Of a stretch of DNA of 64,000 nt, positions 9,296-19,479 are shown in pieces. This DNA is from Naegleria gruberi. Lineage: Eukaryota. The notes under the pieces are model-generated. The model had not been told where the DNA came from. It did no database searches and worked only from the letters and a program-made list of their open reading frames with translations. The position numbers and the translations under genes were made by a program. The DNA lies in assembly GCA_000004985.1 (NCBI GenBank), contig GG738854.1. The stretch is one strand, 5' to 3'. Within the stretch, counting starts at the first letter, position 1; every line of letters starts with the position of its first letter.

Positions 9296-12202
9296 ATGGT
9301 GGAAAGAAAACAAAAAAAAATGGCTCCAAAGCGAAAGCTTGATTTTCTAACGATTGAAATTGAAGCTAACCATGATCAACCACCAGTAAAATTATCAAAA
9401 CCATCATCATCATCAGAAGAAGAAGAAGACAATGTAATAATTATTTTGGATGAAACACATGCTTCCGATTGGCTAGAAATTAAACTCCAAAGCACACAAT
9501 TTCTTGTGGCTCTCCTTCCACAATTAGATTCATTTCTACAAGAATTTGGCTACACCATCATTGATGATCCGATGGTGAGAAGTTGTCTGGCTAGAATTAC
9601 TGGAAAATGTTTGTTGCCCAATTCCGAACGTTATGCAGAGTTTGGCAAAATTAATTTAAAAGCACAAAGGCTTATTATTAGTGATAGAACTTTTGTTCTA
9701 CACCTTTCCGATTCGCTGTACAGGCTGGGTGAATCCTATATTCAATCAATAGGAGCAGCTTATCATAATGATATTGATGTGGTTTATCGATACAAAAACC
9801 ATTTAAACAAATTTATCTTCATGAAACCATCAACTGCTATTCAATTGTTAAGAAAAAATCCTCAAACTCTGTTATCGATTCCTGAAAGATTTTATGAAGA
9901 TTCTGAATTTCTTTCAGAGGCTATTTCTACAGAAATAGAACTATTGGAAAAAATTCAAGATCCTACCAAGAATGAATTATTAATACCCCCAATACTACTA
10001 TGTCAAAACAAAGTTCTTACGAAAGCACTTGAACTTGGATTATTCAAGCCAGTTAAAAGTAGTATCCAATACGAAAGTTTAAACAACAGAGAATTAGTAA
10101 TTACTTTACTCAATTTTGGATGTGATGTAATGTTGTATAGTATTTTACAACTTTATTCCAACGACAAAGAAATTTTAAAGATATGTAATGAGAAGTTTCC
10201 ATATTTAATTAACAACAACCAATATTTGAATCTTGTAGAATCTCCAACTAGCTTCAAGTATCTCGACCATGAAACTAGAAACGACAAGGATTTTGTTTTG
10301 AAAATAGTTGAAAAATGTCAGATTTATAATTACCTTTCTTCTGATCTTCAGAAAGATCGTAGTATTGCTTTAAAAGCAGTCCGTGGAAACCCTGGTTATT
10401 ACAAGTACTTACCCAGAGAGCTCAGACGTGACAATGAGATCGCTTGCATAGCAATTTCTAATAATCCAGACATGTACTTTTATGTATCAGAGAATTTGAA
10501 AGATGACCATAATATTATTGAAATTTTCAAAAATAACATTCACAAGTTGAGTCATTTTCATATTGATTTAAGATATTTACCTCCTGATTTTAGAAAAGAT
10601 AAGGAAATAGTATTAAAATCAGTTAAAAGTAGTGGGGAAATGATATTATTGGCATCAGAAGAATTATTAAACGATAGAGAAGTACTTTTATTGGCCTGCA
10701 ACACATATACATACTATTACGACAAGAAAGATTTTAGAATTCCATACTTTATTCCAGAAACATTTCGAAAGGATGCCTCCTTTATGTTAGAAATATCAAA
10801 GACAAATCCTATTTGTTTTGAGTTGGTTCATGAGGAATTAAGGAACGACAAGACTTTTCTATTAGACTTTTTCAAGGTAATTGAACGATTTCTCAACATG
10901 GCATTAACTACAGATGATGATGATTATAACGATCGAGATAACGTTGAAAAATTGATTATGCAAAACGTCTTTAAACTCATTCCTAACAAACTTCTTAATG
11001 ATAGGAATTTTTTATTGGAATCTCTAGAAATTAATGTGACATTGATTAATTTCTTTCCTTATGAATGGGGAAATGATATTTCAGTCATAACATTAGTGTT
11101 GAAACAGAAGCCTGAATATTATAACAATTTAACCAACTTTAGGGAACACAAGGATATTGTCATGCTAGCGCTTGCTGATCCAAATATGAAGATTCCATCT
11201 AAATTCATGTCTGACAAAGATATTGTAATGAAAGCAATGGAATATAATGCATCAAAAACATTTAAAGTAGCTCACAAAAAACTACAAAAAGATAGAGATG
11301 TAATTTTACATTATTTAACGCACAATACTAATAGCTGTTATGGGCAGACCATCAATGATATATTTTTTCAAAATCCAAACCTACGAAATGACCGTGAAGT
11401 AATGCTAGCTCTTTTGCAACATAGAATGTTGCACTTTAAACATATTGACGAAAAATTGAAAAAAGATCCAGAGTTTGCTTTCCAACTGATTGAAAAAAAA
11501 TGTAATGTTGATGTAAGAGGAACTAAAATATCAAAACAAGAACTCATGAAAGCAAATTCCATTGATTCATTCATAGAATTTTATCTCAAAGATGAAGATG
11601 ATTCACACTTTTCTTCTGTCAAGAAACAAGTATTTGGTGCATTAATCAAGCTTTTTTCTAATGAGAAAAGAGTAACAGAATCACTTAAGGTTCACCACCA
11701 AAATTTATTTAAAAATGACAAAGAATTTACATTACAATGCTGTTTGTATGAAGGATTTGGTTCCTGTCTGGGTAACGCATTTGTAAATGATGTGGAGTTT
11801 ATGAAAAGAGCAACTTTATTGAATTTCAATAATGTAATATACTCAAAAGATTTCTTCATGGAATGTTGGACAAGTTACTTAAATGAAAAACTGAATTACA
11901 AACGAATGAGGAAGTGTTTCAATTATTTGAGTAGTCATTCTTTTGATACAACAGGATGGAACGAGGACCCACGATCACAAAGGGTAAACACTTATTTGGA
12001 TTCAAATATTTTGAAAGGTTGTAATCGTGTGACTACTGAAACTAGATCTACTATTTTAAAATTTTTGACAGGTATTTCAATTCTTGAAGAAAAAGTTCTC
12101 ATTCACGAAGAAGTCACTGATGGTCAAAAGATAAAAATTTACTTCCATATGGATCACACAAACAAAAAATGGAAAAAGATTATGCAGAAGCAATCCCTAT
12201 AA
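9296..12202 (+). CDS. large DUF4116-repeat protein (968 aa)
   Basis: About 15 tandem ~40-50 aa repeats of the form D[KR][DE][IVF][VAL]LxAVxxN...L....LxxD (e.g. DKDFVLKIVEKCQ, DRSIALKAVRGNPGYYKYLPRELRRDNEIACIAISNNPDMYFYVSENLKDD). This is the DUF4116 pattern. Confidence 0.65.
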   Translation: MVERKQKKMAPKRKLDFLTIEIEANHDQPPVKLSKPSSSSEEEEDNVIIILDETHASDWLEIKLQSTQFLVALLPQLDSFLQEFGYTIIDDPMVRSCLARITGKCLLPNSERYAEFGKINLKAQRLIISDRTFVLHLSDSLYRLGESYIQSIGAAYHNDIDVVYRYKNHLNKFIFMKPSTAIQLLRKNPQTLLSIPERFYEDSEFLSEAISTEIELLEKIQDPTKNELLIPPILLCQNKVLTKALELGLFKPVKSSIQYESLNNRELVITLLNFGCDVMLYSILQLYSNDKEILKICNEKFPYLINNNQYLNLVESPTSFKYLDHETRNDKDFVLKIVEKCQIYNYLSSDLQKDRSIALKAVRGNPGYYKYLPRELRRDNEIACIAISNNPDMYFYVSENLKDDHNIIEIFKNNIHKLSHFHIDLRYLPPDFRKDKEIVLKSVKSSGEMILLASEELLNDREVLLLACNTYTYYYDKKDFRIPYFIPETFRKDASFMLEISKTNPICFELVHEELRNDKTFLLDFFKVIERFLNMALTTDDDDYNDRDNVEKLIMQNVFKLIPNKLLNDRNFLLESLEINVTLINFFPYEWGNDISVITLVLKQKPEYYNNLTNFREHKDIVMLALADPNMKIPSKFMSDKDIVMKAMEYNASKTFKVAHKKLQKDRDVILHYLTHNTNSCYGQTINDIFFQNPNLRNDREVMLALLQHRMLHFKHIDEKLKKDPEFAFQLIEKKCNVDVRGTKISKQELMKANSIDSFIEFYLKDEDDSHFSSVKKQVFGALIKLFSNEKRVTESLKVHHQNLFKNDKEFTLQCCLYEGFGSCLGNAFVNDVEFMKRATLLNFNNVIYSKDFFMECWTSYLNEKLNYKRMRKCFNYLSSHSFDTTGWNEDPRSQRVNTYLDSNILKGCNRVTTETRSTILKFLTGISILEEKVLIHEEVTDGQKIKIYFHMDHTNKKWKKIMQKQSL

Positions 12203-12479
12203 CCAAATCATGCTGGATGTTTCAATTTAAATGATTCCTAAATTGATTTGAAAGAAGATTAGAATTGGATTAAGAAACATTACAATTATTGTAAAAATCC
12301 CGAGGACTTCGTATCTCAACTATTCGCTTTCCGAAATTAAGAAATCAAATCTTGAACACTAATTGGAAGATATATCGAATTGGAACTCCTCCTTTATGTA
12401 ATCGGATCCTAGTACTTAACATACTTTAAAACTTGGCCCAAACCACTCTCTAGCACTAGTGTGAAAAAAATAACTCAAA

Positions 12480-14093
12480 ATGGTAGTCACTGAACTAAGC
12501 TCTTCACTTGATGGTTTATTTCAAGTCATGTACCTAATCATTGGCTTAGTACTAATTTATATCATGATTCATACCTTTAGATTTATAAGAATCTACTTGA
12601 AATATAAACACATACCTGGTTATGTCTCATTCTTCCCTTCAATTATAGATTCACTCATGCATGGAGATCCAATGTTTGTTTACTATGGTTATTTGTGTAG
12701 CATGCAAGCTTTTACAAAACATCCAAATGCAGCAATGATTAAAGTTCAACAAGGATCAGAGATATTTTTCACAATAGCCAGGGATAAGGAAATGATCAAG
12801 GATGTTCTTGTTAGAAAGTATAAATCTATTGGAAAGGGTGAGCTATTGGCTCCAGTTGGTTTGTTTGGAGCGAATCTATTCTCAGCTGATTCTAATAATC
12901 CACTTTGGAAAAAGCACAGAACATTGGCTAATCCAGTATTCAGTAACAGTTCTCATTTAAGGAATGTTTTTAGAGTTACAATGGAGGAATTAGCAAAGAT
13001 GATTCCATACTGGACCAAATATAATGATTCAGATTCTAATGGAAATATTCGAAATGTTAACACTACACAAGAGTTGAAGTCTATTACATTAAGCATTATC
13101 AATAGAGTTGCATTCGATTTCAATATAGAGATATTTGATAAGAATCCTGAACACAGAGACGAAGTACATGGTTGGATTTCTGATTTATTAGTTGGTTTAT
13201 TATACAAGTTTGTATTCCCTGAATGGTTATTCGAATATGTTCCTTTTGGAATTTTCAAAAGATTTAAAGATGCAAAGAATAGATTCAGAGAGACAGCCAT
13301 GAAGATGATTCTCAAAAAGACAAAGGAATATGAGAATGACAATCAAGTGAAAGAAGATGAAGATTTACTAAGCTTATTGTTGAAAAGCTCCAATAATGGT
13401 AAATTAACAGAGGAAGAACGTTTGACAAATGACGAATTGGTTAGTGCCATTTTCATTATTTTCTTTGCTGGATTTGAAACAAGTTCCAATTCTTTGAACT
13501 TCATGTTGAGATTGTTGGCAACCAGACCAGAAATACAAGAAAAACTCATTGAAGAAATTGATAATGAAATTCCATCCATGGATTCAATCAAATTTGAAGA
13601 TGTCACTGAAAAACTTCCATATTTGACATCATTCATTAAGGAGGCATTTAGAGCCAAACCAATTGTTGGTGATACCACAAGAATAATTACCAAGAAGGGA
13701 GGTGAAACTATTGGTGGACAAATCCTTGAAGAAGGAACGGTTGTTAACGTTGGAATATATGCTCATCATAAGCTGTCTCATAATAATGCTATGGATGATT
13801 TCAAATTTGATCGTTTCTGCATTCCAAATAATATCGAGAAGGGAACTATGGGAAATTTATCTATTGATTTCCAAAAAGAAGATTTAATTACCTTCTCTAT
13901 TGGCCCAAGGGATTGTATTGGAAGAAGAATGGCATTAATAGAAATCAAATTAATCCTTGTTTATTTGTTGAAACAATACAGGATTAAGGTTCCAGAGCAT
14001 TTGAAAGAACAACAATCAAACATCAAAGAAACATACATTATTACAAGAACTGTTTTAGAGCCATTCATATTTGATTATGAAAAGAGAGTTTAA
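12480..14093 (+). CDS. cytochrome P450 monooxygenase
   Basis: 537-aa ORF with an N-terminal membrane anchor. It has the I-helix AGFETSS, an ExxR motif (KEAFRAKP region) and the heme-binding FSIGPRDCIGRRMA (FxxGxRxCxG) near the C-terminus. Confidence 0.9.
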   Translation: MVVTELSSSLDGLFQVMYLIIGLVLIYIMIHTFRFIRIYLKYKHIPGYVSFFPSIIDSLMHGDPMFVYYGYLCSMQAFTKHPNAAMIKVQQGSEIFFTIARDKEMIKDVLVRKYKSIGKGELLAPVGLFGANLFSADSNNPLWKKHRTLANPVFSNSSHLRNVFRVTMEELAKMIPYWTKYNDSDSNGNIRNVNTTQELKSITLSIINRVAFDFNIEIFDKNPEHRDEVHGWISDLLVGLLYKFVFPEWLFEYVPFGIFKRFKDAKNRFRETAMKMILKKTKEYENDNQVKEDEDLLSLLLKSSNNGKLTEEERLTNDELVSAIFIIFFAGFETSSNSLNFMLRLLATRPEIQEKLIEEIDNEIPSMDSIKFEDVTEKLPYLTSFIKEAFRAKPIVGDTTRIITKKGGETIGGQILEEGTVVNVGIYAHHKLSHNNAMDDFKFDRFCIPNNIEKGTMGNLSIDFQKEDLITFSIGPRDCIGRRMALIEIKLILVYLLKQYRIKVPEHLKEQQSNIKETYIITRTVLEPFIFDYEKRV

Positions 14094-15054
14094 TAAACTT
14101 AAATATTTTACAACACTCAATTTAGCGCTTATTTTCTTGTAAACGTTTCACGTTAATCAAAATTCCAGTTAAACAATAAAATGAATCTCCTGAATATGTG
14201 AGGGTCTTGAGATGGAAATTGAAATATACGAATACCATCCTTATTAATTTCAACATCGCTTATCATTTGGGAATGGATAAGAGTGTACAGCATGGCATCT
14301 GGGAAATTGGAAATTTTATCTGTGCTCAATTTAAATTGAGAAAATCCTACTTAAACAATAATATTATCGTCAGTGCTGTCCATATTATTTGACCCATAGC
14401 AATACTTTTCTCTAATGAGTCTTCTTTCTTCTAGTTTCCATGTCCTTTCTACTAATCTATCAATGGAATAAAATGGTATTAAACAAGAGGCCAATGTACA
14501 TTCTCCTATTATTCTCATGTTTCAACAGATTTATCAGTTATGTGGTTTAATAGGTTATACTTCAGCTATGAATATGGGACCACTTGCGTTGACTGGAGCT
14601 TTTCTTGGTTTTGAGTTTGCTGGTTATTTATTGAGCTTGACCTTGTGGATATATTGTCAGGCAGTCATCACCAAAGTTCTTTATGGTGTCTACTTTAATG
14701 AAAATCAGGCATGGATGAGACTTTCGAAAGTTCATTCTATTTGTAAGAAAGTGGTACTAATCTGGTTGCATTTTTCAATTCATTGTTGATATTGACTTTT
14801 ATCCTAATAGGAATGATTTTTTTAATTTGTCGGCCCCCCATGAATATTTCGTTTGTACCATTGACCAAAAGGAAATCAACAAACAAGAATGAGGTTGAAA
14901 AAAGGGATGAAAAGGCAAAAGTTTCTAACAAGATTATGGCTGAAACAATTGTAGACACAATCGAACCAACAATTACAAACACTGTGCAATAAAATCCCTT
15001 CACTTATCTATTAATCACCATTTCAAATCCTTTTTTTCATCTTAAAACAAAAAA

Positions 15055-15174
15055 GACTACAACACCACAGGTTCCCAAGTTGTCTCCAACCTCAGTACTG
15101 ATGTGGCTCGACGATGCTTAACTTCTCAAATCGGACGGGATGAGGTGCATTCATCGTGATATGGCCGTAGCCAT
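15055..15174 (-). rRNA. 5S ribosomal RNA gene, copy 1
   Basis: The minus-strand sequence GCTACGGCCATATCACGATGAATGCACCTCATCCCGTCCGATTTGAGAAGTTAAGCATCGTCGAGCCACATCAGTACTGAGGTTGGAGACAACTTGGGAACCTGTGGTGTTGTAGTC aligns along its whole length to eukaryotic 5S rRNA. This includes the box A region (AGTTAAGC) and the GTACT...GGAGAC...TGGGAA block. It is followed by an oligo-T Pol III terminator. Confidence 0.9.
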
Positions 15175-15442
15175 CAATAATCTAAATTTCTAATATATAA
15201 ATCTAGTATAGGGTGAGTAAAAGTTGTTCACAAAAATTCAATTATTATTAAGGATTATTAAGACGAAAAGCCTGCCAGGAATATGGCGACGATCCCGCTG
15301 CAGTCTTTGACTGTATGAACATTGTTCAATGTGAATTCAAGAGTTCTTGGTTGATCAGCCCTATATTTATTCACAATTAGACCTGTTGAATCGCTTGACT
15401 GTTTTTCTCCAGAAAGCTGAATTCAGCATTTACAACAAATAA

Positions 15443-15492
15443 NNNNNNNNNNNNNNNNNNNNNNNNNNNNNNNNNNNNNNNNNNNNNNNNNN
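15443..15492. other. assembly gap (50 N)
   Basis: Run of n characters in the supplied sequence. Confidence 1.
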
Positions 15493-15793
15493 ATTTTAAG
15501 TTTATCTCTTAAACCACTGAGAAAATAAACAAACGACACCCTCTTCCTATTCTTTGCTTTTTCAAGTTCCAAGTTCCTTGCCTATCTTTCAAATTATTTC
15601 CGCTTATCCATCAAACTTGAAACAATTCTATTGGTTAATGCACAACCAATCTTTCAAAATTGTCTCCTTTCTACTCCCAAATTGCAACAAGTCCACTTCA
15701 AAATAAATATAAATACTTGCATTGTGTTCGAAACTTTTGAAAAACAACAACAAAACAAATATCTAAACAACTAAACAACTCAAACTAATCAAA

Positions 15794-16246
15794 ATGATGC
15801 TTAATTGTCAATTCAGTGATGAAATTATCAAAACCTATGAAGAAATGAGAATGGGAAAGGGTTCGAATAAGGATAAAAAGTTTCTCGTATTAAAAATGCA
15901 AGAAAGTTCCATTCAAATAGATCAAGAATTGTCCCAACTCTCTTCATTGGACGAATTAACTGCCAATCTCCCACCAAAGAATTCTCGTTTCGTTTGCTAT
16001 CATTTAAGTTTCGAAATGCCATCCCAAAACGAAACTTGTCAAATCAGAGAAGGAACCAGAACCAAAATGATGTTTCTCACTTGGTGTCCAAACGAAACCA
16101 ATGTTAAGGAAAAGTTTCAAGTTGCTGCCACTGTCAAAACAGTTAAACAAAAATTAAATGGTCTGAGTGCAACTATTCACTGCTCAACCAAGAGTGAAAT
16201 TGATGAAAAGTCAATGATTGAAAAATGTTTAACTTTTATGAAATAA
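15794..16246 (+). CDS. ADF/cofilin-family actin-depolymerising protein
   Basis: 150 aa, and the similarity to yeast/animal cofilins is collinear. Example matches are EEMRMGKGSNKDKKFLVLKM ~ the KYKFILF region, LPPKNSRFVCYHLSFE ~ LPENDCRYAIYDFEYE, and KMMFLTWCPNETNVKEKFQVAATVKTVKQKLNGL ~ [34 protein letters not shown]. Confidence 0.75.
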   Translation: MMLNCQFSDEIIKTYEEMRMGKGSNKDKKFLVLKMQESSIQIDQELSQLSSLDELTANLPPKNSRFVCYHLSFEMPSQNETCQIREGTRTKMMFLTWCPNETNVKEKFQVAATVKTVKQKLNGLSATIHCSTKSEIDEKSMIEKCLTFMK

Positions 16247-16733
16247 TAGACATGAAAACCAACAATTATAAAAATGTAAATAAATGTAAATACTAATAGA
16301 TGTAATTATTCCAACAAAGCTGAACTCTAAAATTGAATCATATTTTAATTATTAATAAATTCAAACCACATGCAAAGAAATGCAGAAATAACATCACTTT
16401 GTAATAGCGATGAATTTTTACATGGTTCATAAGAAACATAACTGCAACCCAAACCAACAACAACGTCTGCTGTCCAAAAATCTGTTTCTGTTCAAAATAT
16501 CTTTTCATTTTGCCGTGCAATTTTAAAATCAATCGGAAACTATCTCTGGACATTGTTATTATATGAAAACATCTATTAAGAAAAACCTTAAAAGACTCAG
16601 ATCAGAATTTTAACACTTGTATTAATAGCTGTACAATTGCAGCAAAATAGGCAAAATTGTTGTTTAGCCATATTTCAAACTTGATAAAGGACTTTGGCAA
16701 TAAGCTTAGTGTAAAATGCAAAATAGGCAAAAA

Positions 16734-16853
16734 GACTACAGCACCACAGGTTCCCAAGTTGTCTCCAACCTCAGTACTGATGTGGCTCGACGATGCTTAA
16801 CTTCTCAAATCGGACGGGATGAGGTGCATTCATCGTGATATGGCCGTAGCCAT
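16734..16853 (-). rRNA. 5S ribosomal RNA gene, copy 2
   Basis: Differs from copy 1 at one position near the 3' end. Flanks are unrelated and there is a T-run terminator. Confidence 0.9.
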
Positions 16854-17067
16854 TCATTATATCAACTTGTGAAATATGAATCAGTTCACTCCTTTTTCTT
16901 TACCTTTCTGAACTGCTATGAAATTGAGTGTATATAGCTCCATTAGAAAGTTACAAATGACTTGTTTTTGGATGTTGATTAGTATATTGAATAAATTTTA
17001 CTCATGTTCACTATTCAATAAATAATTTATTGACAATAATTGAGAGAATCTATGATATTTTGCTAAC

Positions 17068-17526
17068 TTAACCACCTCTCAATCTCAATACTAAATGCAC
17101 AGTTGAATCCTTTTGAAGATTGTAATCACCAATAGTTCTTCCATCTTCCAATTGCTTACCGGCATAAATCAATCGTTGTTGATCTGAAGGAATACCTTCC
17201 TTATCAAATATCTTTTGTTTCATATTCTCAACAGTAGCATTCGATTCCATTTCAATAGTGATTGTCTTTCCAGTTAAAGTTTTTACAAAAAGTTGCATTC
17301 CTCCTATTAATCTCCACACCAAATGAAGTGTTGAATCTTTCTGAATGTTATAATCATTAATAGTTCTGCCATCTTCCAATTGTTTTCCAGCAAAGATGAG
17401 TCTTTGTTGATCTGGAAGAATTCCTTCCTTATCATGTGCCTTTCTTTTCACATTTTCAATTGAATCATTAGATTCAACCTCCAAAGTGATAGTTCTTCCA
17501 GTGAGTGTCTTGACAAATAATTGCAT
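17068..17526 (-). CDS. tandem di-ubiquitin-like precursor with two diverged ubiquitin units, each ending in GG
   Basis: 152 aa made of two 76-aa units. Unit 1 is [76 protein letters not shown]. Unit 2 is [76 protein letters not shown]. Each is about 75-80% identical to canonical ubiquitin and differs from the other unit. The stop follows the terminal GG directly. Confidence 0.85.
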   Translation of the reverse strand: MQLFVKTLTGRTITLEVESNDSIENVKRKAHDKEGILPDQQRLIFAGKQLEDGRTINDYNIQKDSTLHLVWRLIGGMQLFVKTLTGKTITIEMESNATVENMKQKIFDKEGIPSDQQRLIYAGKQLEDGRTIGDYNLQKDSTVHLVLRLRGG

Positions 17527-18026
17527 TCTGTTTGTTGTCTTGTTTTTTTTCTTATTATTTTTCTTGAATTCAAAACACTGCGGTTCCTTTCTTTTTATAC
17601 TTTTGAAAACTGATTATTTTTAGAAAGTAGTTCTTGAAGCGATGGCAATTTGAAATTCTGTCAATGAACTGATTTTTTGTTTCTGGACGCAAACTTGGTT
17701 CAACATGTTTTGTAAGATAATTGAGCAACTCTATTGTTGGTATGTACAATTCAATATTTCAAAAAGTGCCTTAGATGTCCACCATTTCATAACAGTTTCA
17801 AATCTGAAATAGAATATTACAAGTGCGCACGAGGAGTTGAAATCCACGTCACATTAACAATAAAAAAACCAATCATCTTCAAGTAGTAAACTTTTTATCA
17901 TCATCAAACTTTTATATATTCCACCACCCTATTATTTATTATTATTATTGAATAAAAACGAGAGAGGAATTATTTCGCATCACATATTATAAACAAAATT
18001 TAAATAATAAAAACATATAACCGAAA

Positions 18027-18548
18027 ATGTTATCATCATCATCAAATAGTAATAATAATAATTCTTTAGAAGAAGAACAAGAATTAGCATCACTAGCAAC
18101 ACCTACCTACAATGATCAATTATCATCCTACAGAGAAAAACACAGAGTCTACAAGGAAAAGAAGAAGAATCAAGATATGGCCTCCCTCACAGCCTTCCTC
18201 ATTGCCTCCAAATACGACCCACAAACATCATTGACTTCATCGGGTCTGGAACGTTACACTCCAAAGGCTACTGGATTCTGTGGCAATACACCAACCAATG
18301 CTACGAGGAGTAAGGTGAGTTTCAGAGCATCGAATGTGAGAGGGAGAGGTCTACCAACTGTGCAACCAGGAAGTTGGTTTAAACCTTCAATACAACAAGA
18401 ACATCATGTTGATGAACAACAAGAATTGGCTAAAGATGAATCAGCAACAGTAGTGGAAGCATCGTTGAGTAATTTGTCATTGAAAGAGGAGGTTGTTGTT
18501 TCTTCTTCTTCTTCTAGTTTGAATGTTGTTCCTGTTAGAAGATTGTAA
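18027..18548 (+). CDS. hypothetical Ser/Asn-rich protein
   Basis: 173-aa ORF, low complexity, no recognisable domain. A GTGAGT near 18318 could be an intron donor but I cannot resolve it. Confidence 0.3.
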   Translation: MLSSSSNSNNNNSLEEEQELASLATPTYNDQLSSYREKHRVYKEKKKNQDMASLTAFLIASKYDPQTSLTSSGLERYTPKATGFCGNTPTNATRSKVSFRASNVRGRGLPTVQPGSWFKPSIQQEHHVDEQQELAKDESATVVEASLSNLSLKEEVVVSSSSSSLNVVPVRRL

Positions 18549-18621
18549 ACTAATCATATAAATTATATTTATTGAAATTTACTTGTGTTATTGAACTAGT
18601 AAATGATGTTTTGAATTAAAT

Positions 18622-19473
18622 TTGTTATCCAATGCTTCGGATGATGAAGATATGAATCAGAGTTTCACTGCATTTCATCACAGACATTCATTCTGTCATT
18701 TGTCATTCAACACAAAACAAATGCCATCACATAAAATACGAGAAAATTCAACAACTCCATCCATCATTCTTTGTATTATCCTTGGACTTTCACTAATTCA
18801 ATGGGTATCTTCTGCATCATCTCCTCTGCCGAAATGTGCCTCCTGTGGTTCAATTCCAAGTGATTTATCATTTTGTAAAAATTATGTACCAACGAGTGGA
18901 AATATGTATGTTTGCAATCATCATTATTGATTTTAATTGTAATTGGATTGATAGTTGTATACCAGATAAATATTTAGAGGTGGAAAAGAATATTTCCAAT
19001 ATTTATGATAGTACTAATCAATTTTTGCCATTCGAAAGTTCATGTAGAGATGCTTGGAAGAATTATGCATGTGCAAGAGCTTTTCCACGATGCACAATTT
19101 CGAATAATGGAACATCGGATATCTATACTCCCTATGAAATTTGTTACTCTGTCTGTAAACAGTACGCTTACAATGTATGTAAATTGTAATTTGTGAAATT
19201 TCAATTTTTACTAATTATTGACTGTAACTATTTTGTTTCAACAATATTCAGTGTTGGGCTAGAGATGGTGGAGCAATTAATTGGGCTATTCAACCAATTT
19301 GGGATGTTGCCACATTAAACAAGAAATTGGACTATTTCTGTTCACAGGAAGTTGGATCTGATGGAGCTATTTGTTCATTGGGAGGTAAAAAAATTAATGG
19401 AGGAAATTCAATTTGGAATTCTATTACTCTTATATCTTCAATTGTTGGATTTACTTTATTAGTAGCCCTCTAA
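18622..19473 (+). CDS. secreted/membrane-tethered protein with a Frizzled-type cysteine-rich (FZ/CRD-like) domain; 3 exons (about 18622-18905, 18958-19174, 19252-19473)
   Basis: Candidate signal peptide (PSIILCIILGLSLIQWVSSASS). The Cys spacing C..C..IPSDLSFC...CRDAWKNYACARAFPRCT...PYEICYSVCKQYAYNVC...CWARDGG...C...C resembles the 10-Cys Frizzled CRD (AW..YAC..FP.C / PC...C..V...C). Introns 18906-18957 (GTATGT...TAG) and 19175-19251 (GTATGT...CAG) keep the frame. Hydrophobic C-terminus (ITLISSIVGFTLLVAL), GPI-signal-like. Confidence 0.5.
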
Positions 19474-19479
19474 AATAAA

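Noticed and set aside
14517-14992. Two small hydrophobic ORFs (14517-14789, 14783-14992) as a possible spliced small membrane protein gene
   Set aside because: I could not find a donor/acceptor combination that joins them in frame. No domain recognised; left uncalled.
15055-15174. Possibility that the duplicated 120-nt element is a tRNA, SINE or a terminal repeat of a mobile element around the cofilin gene
   Set aside because: Its full length aligns to 5S rRNA and it ends in a T-run. The flanks of the two copies share no similarity, so there is no LTR/TIR/TSD structure.
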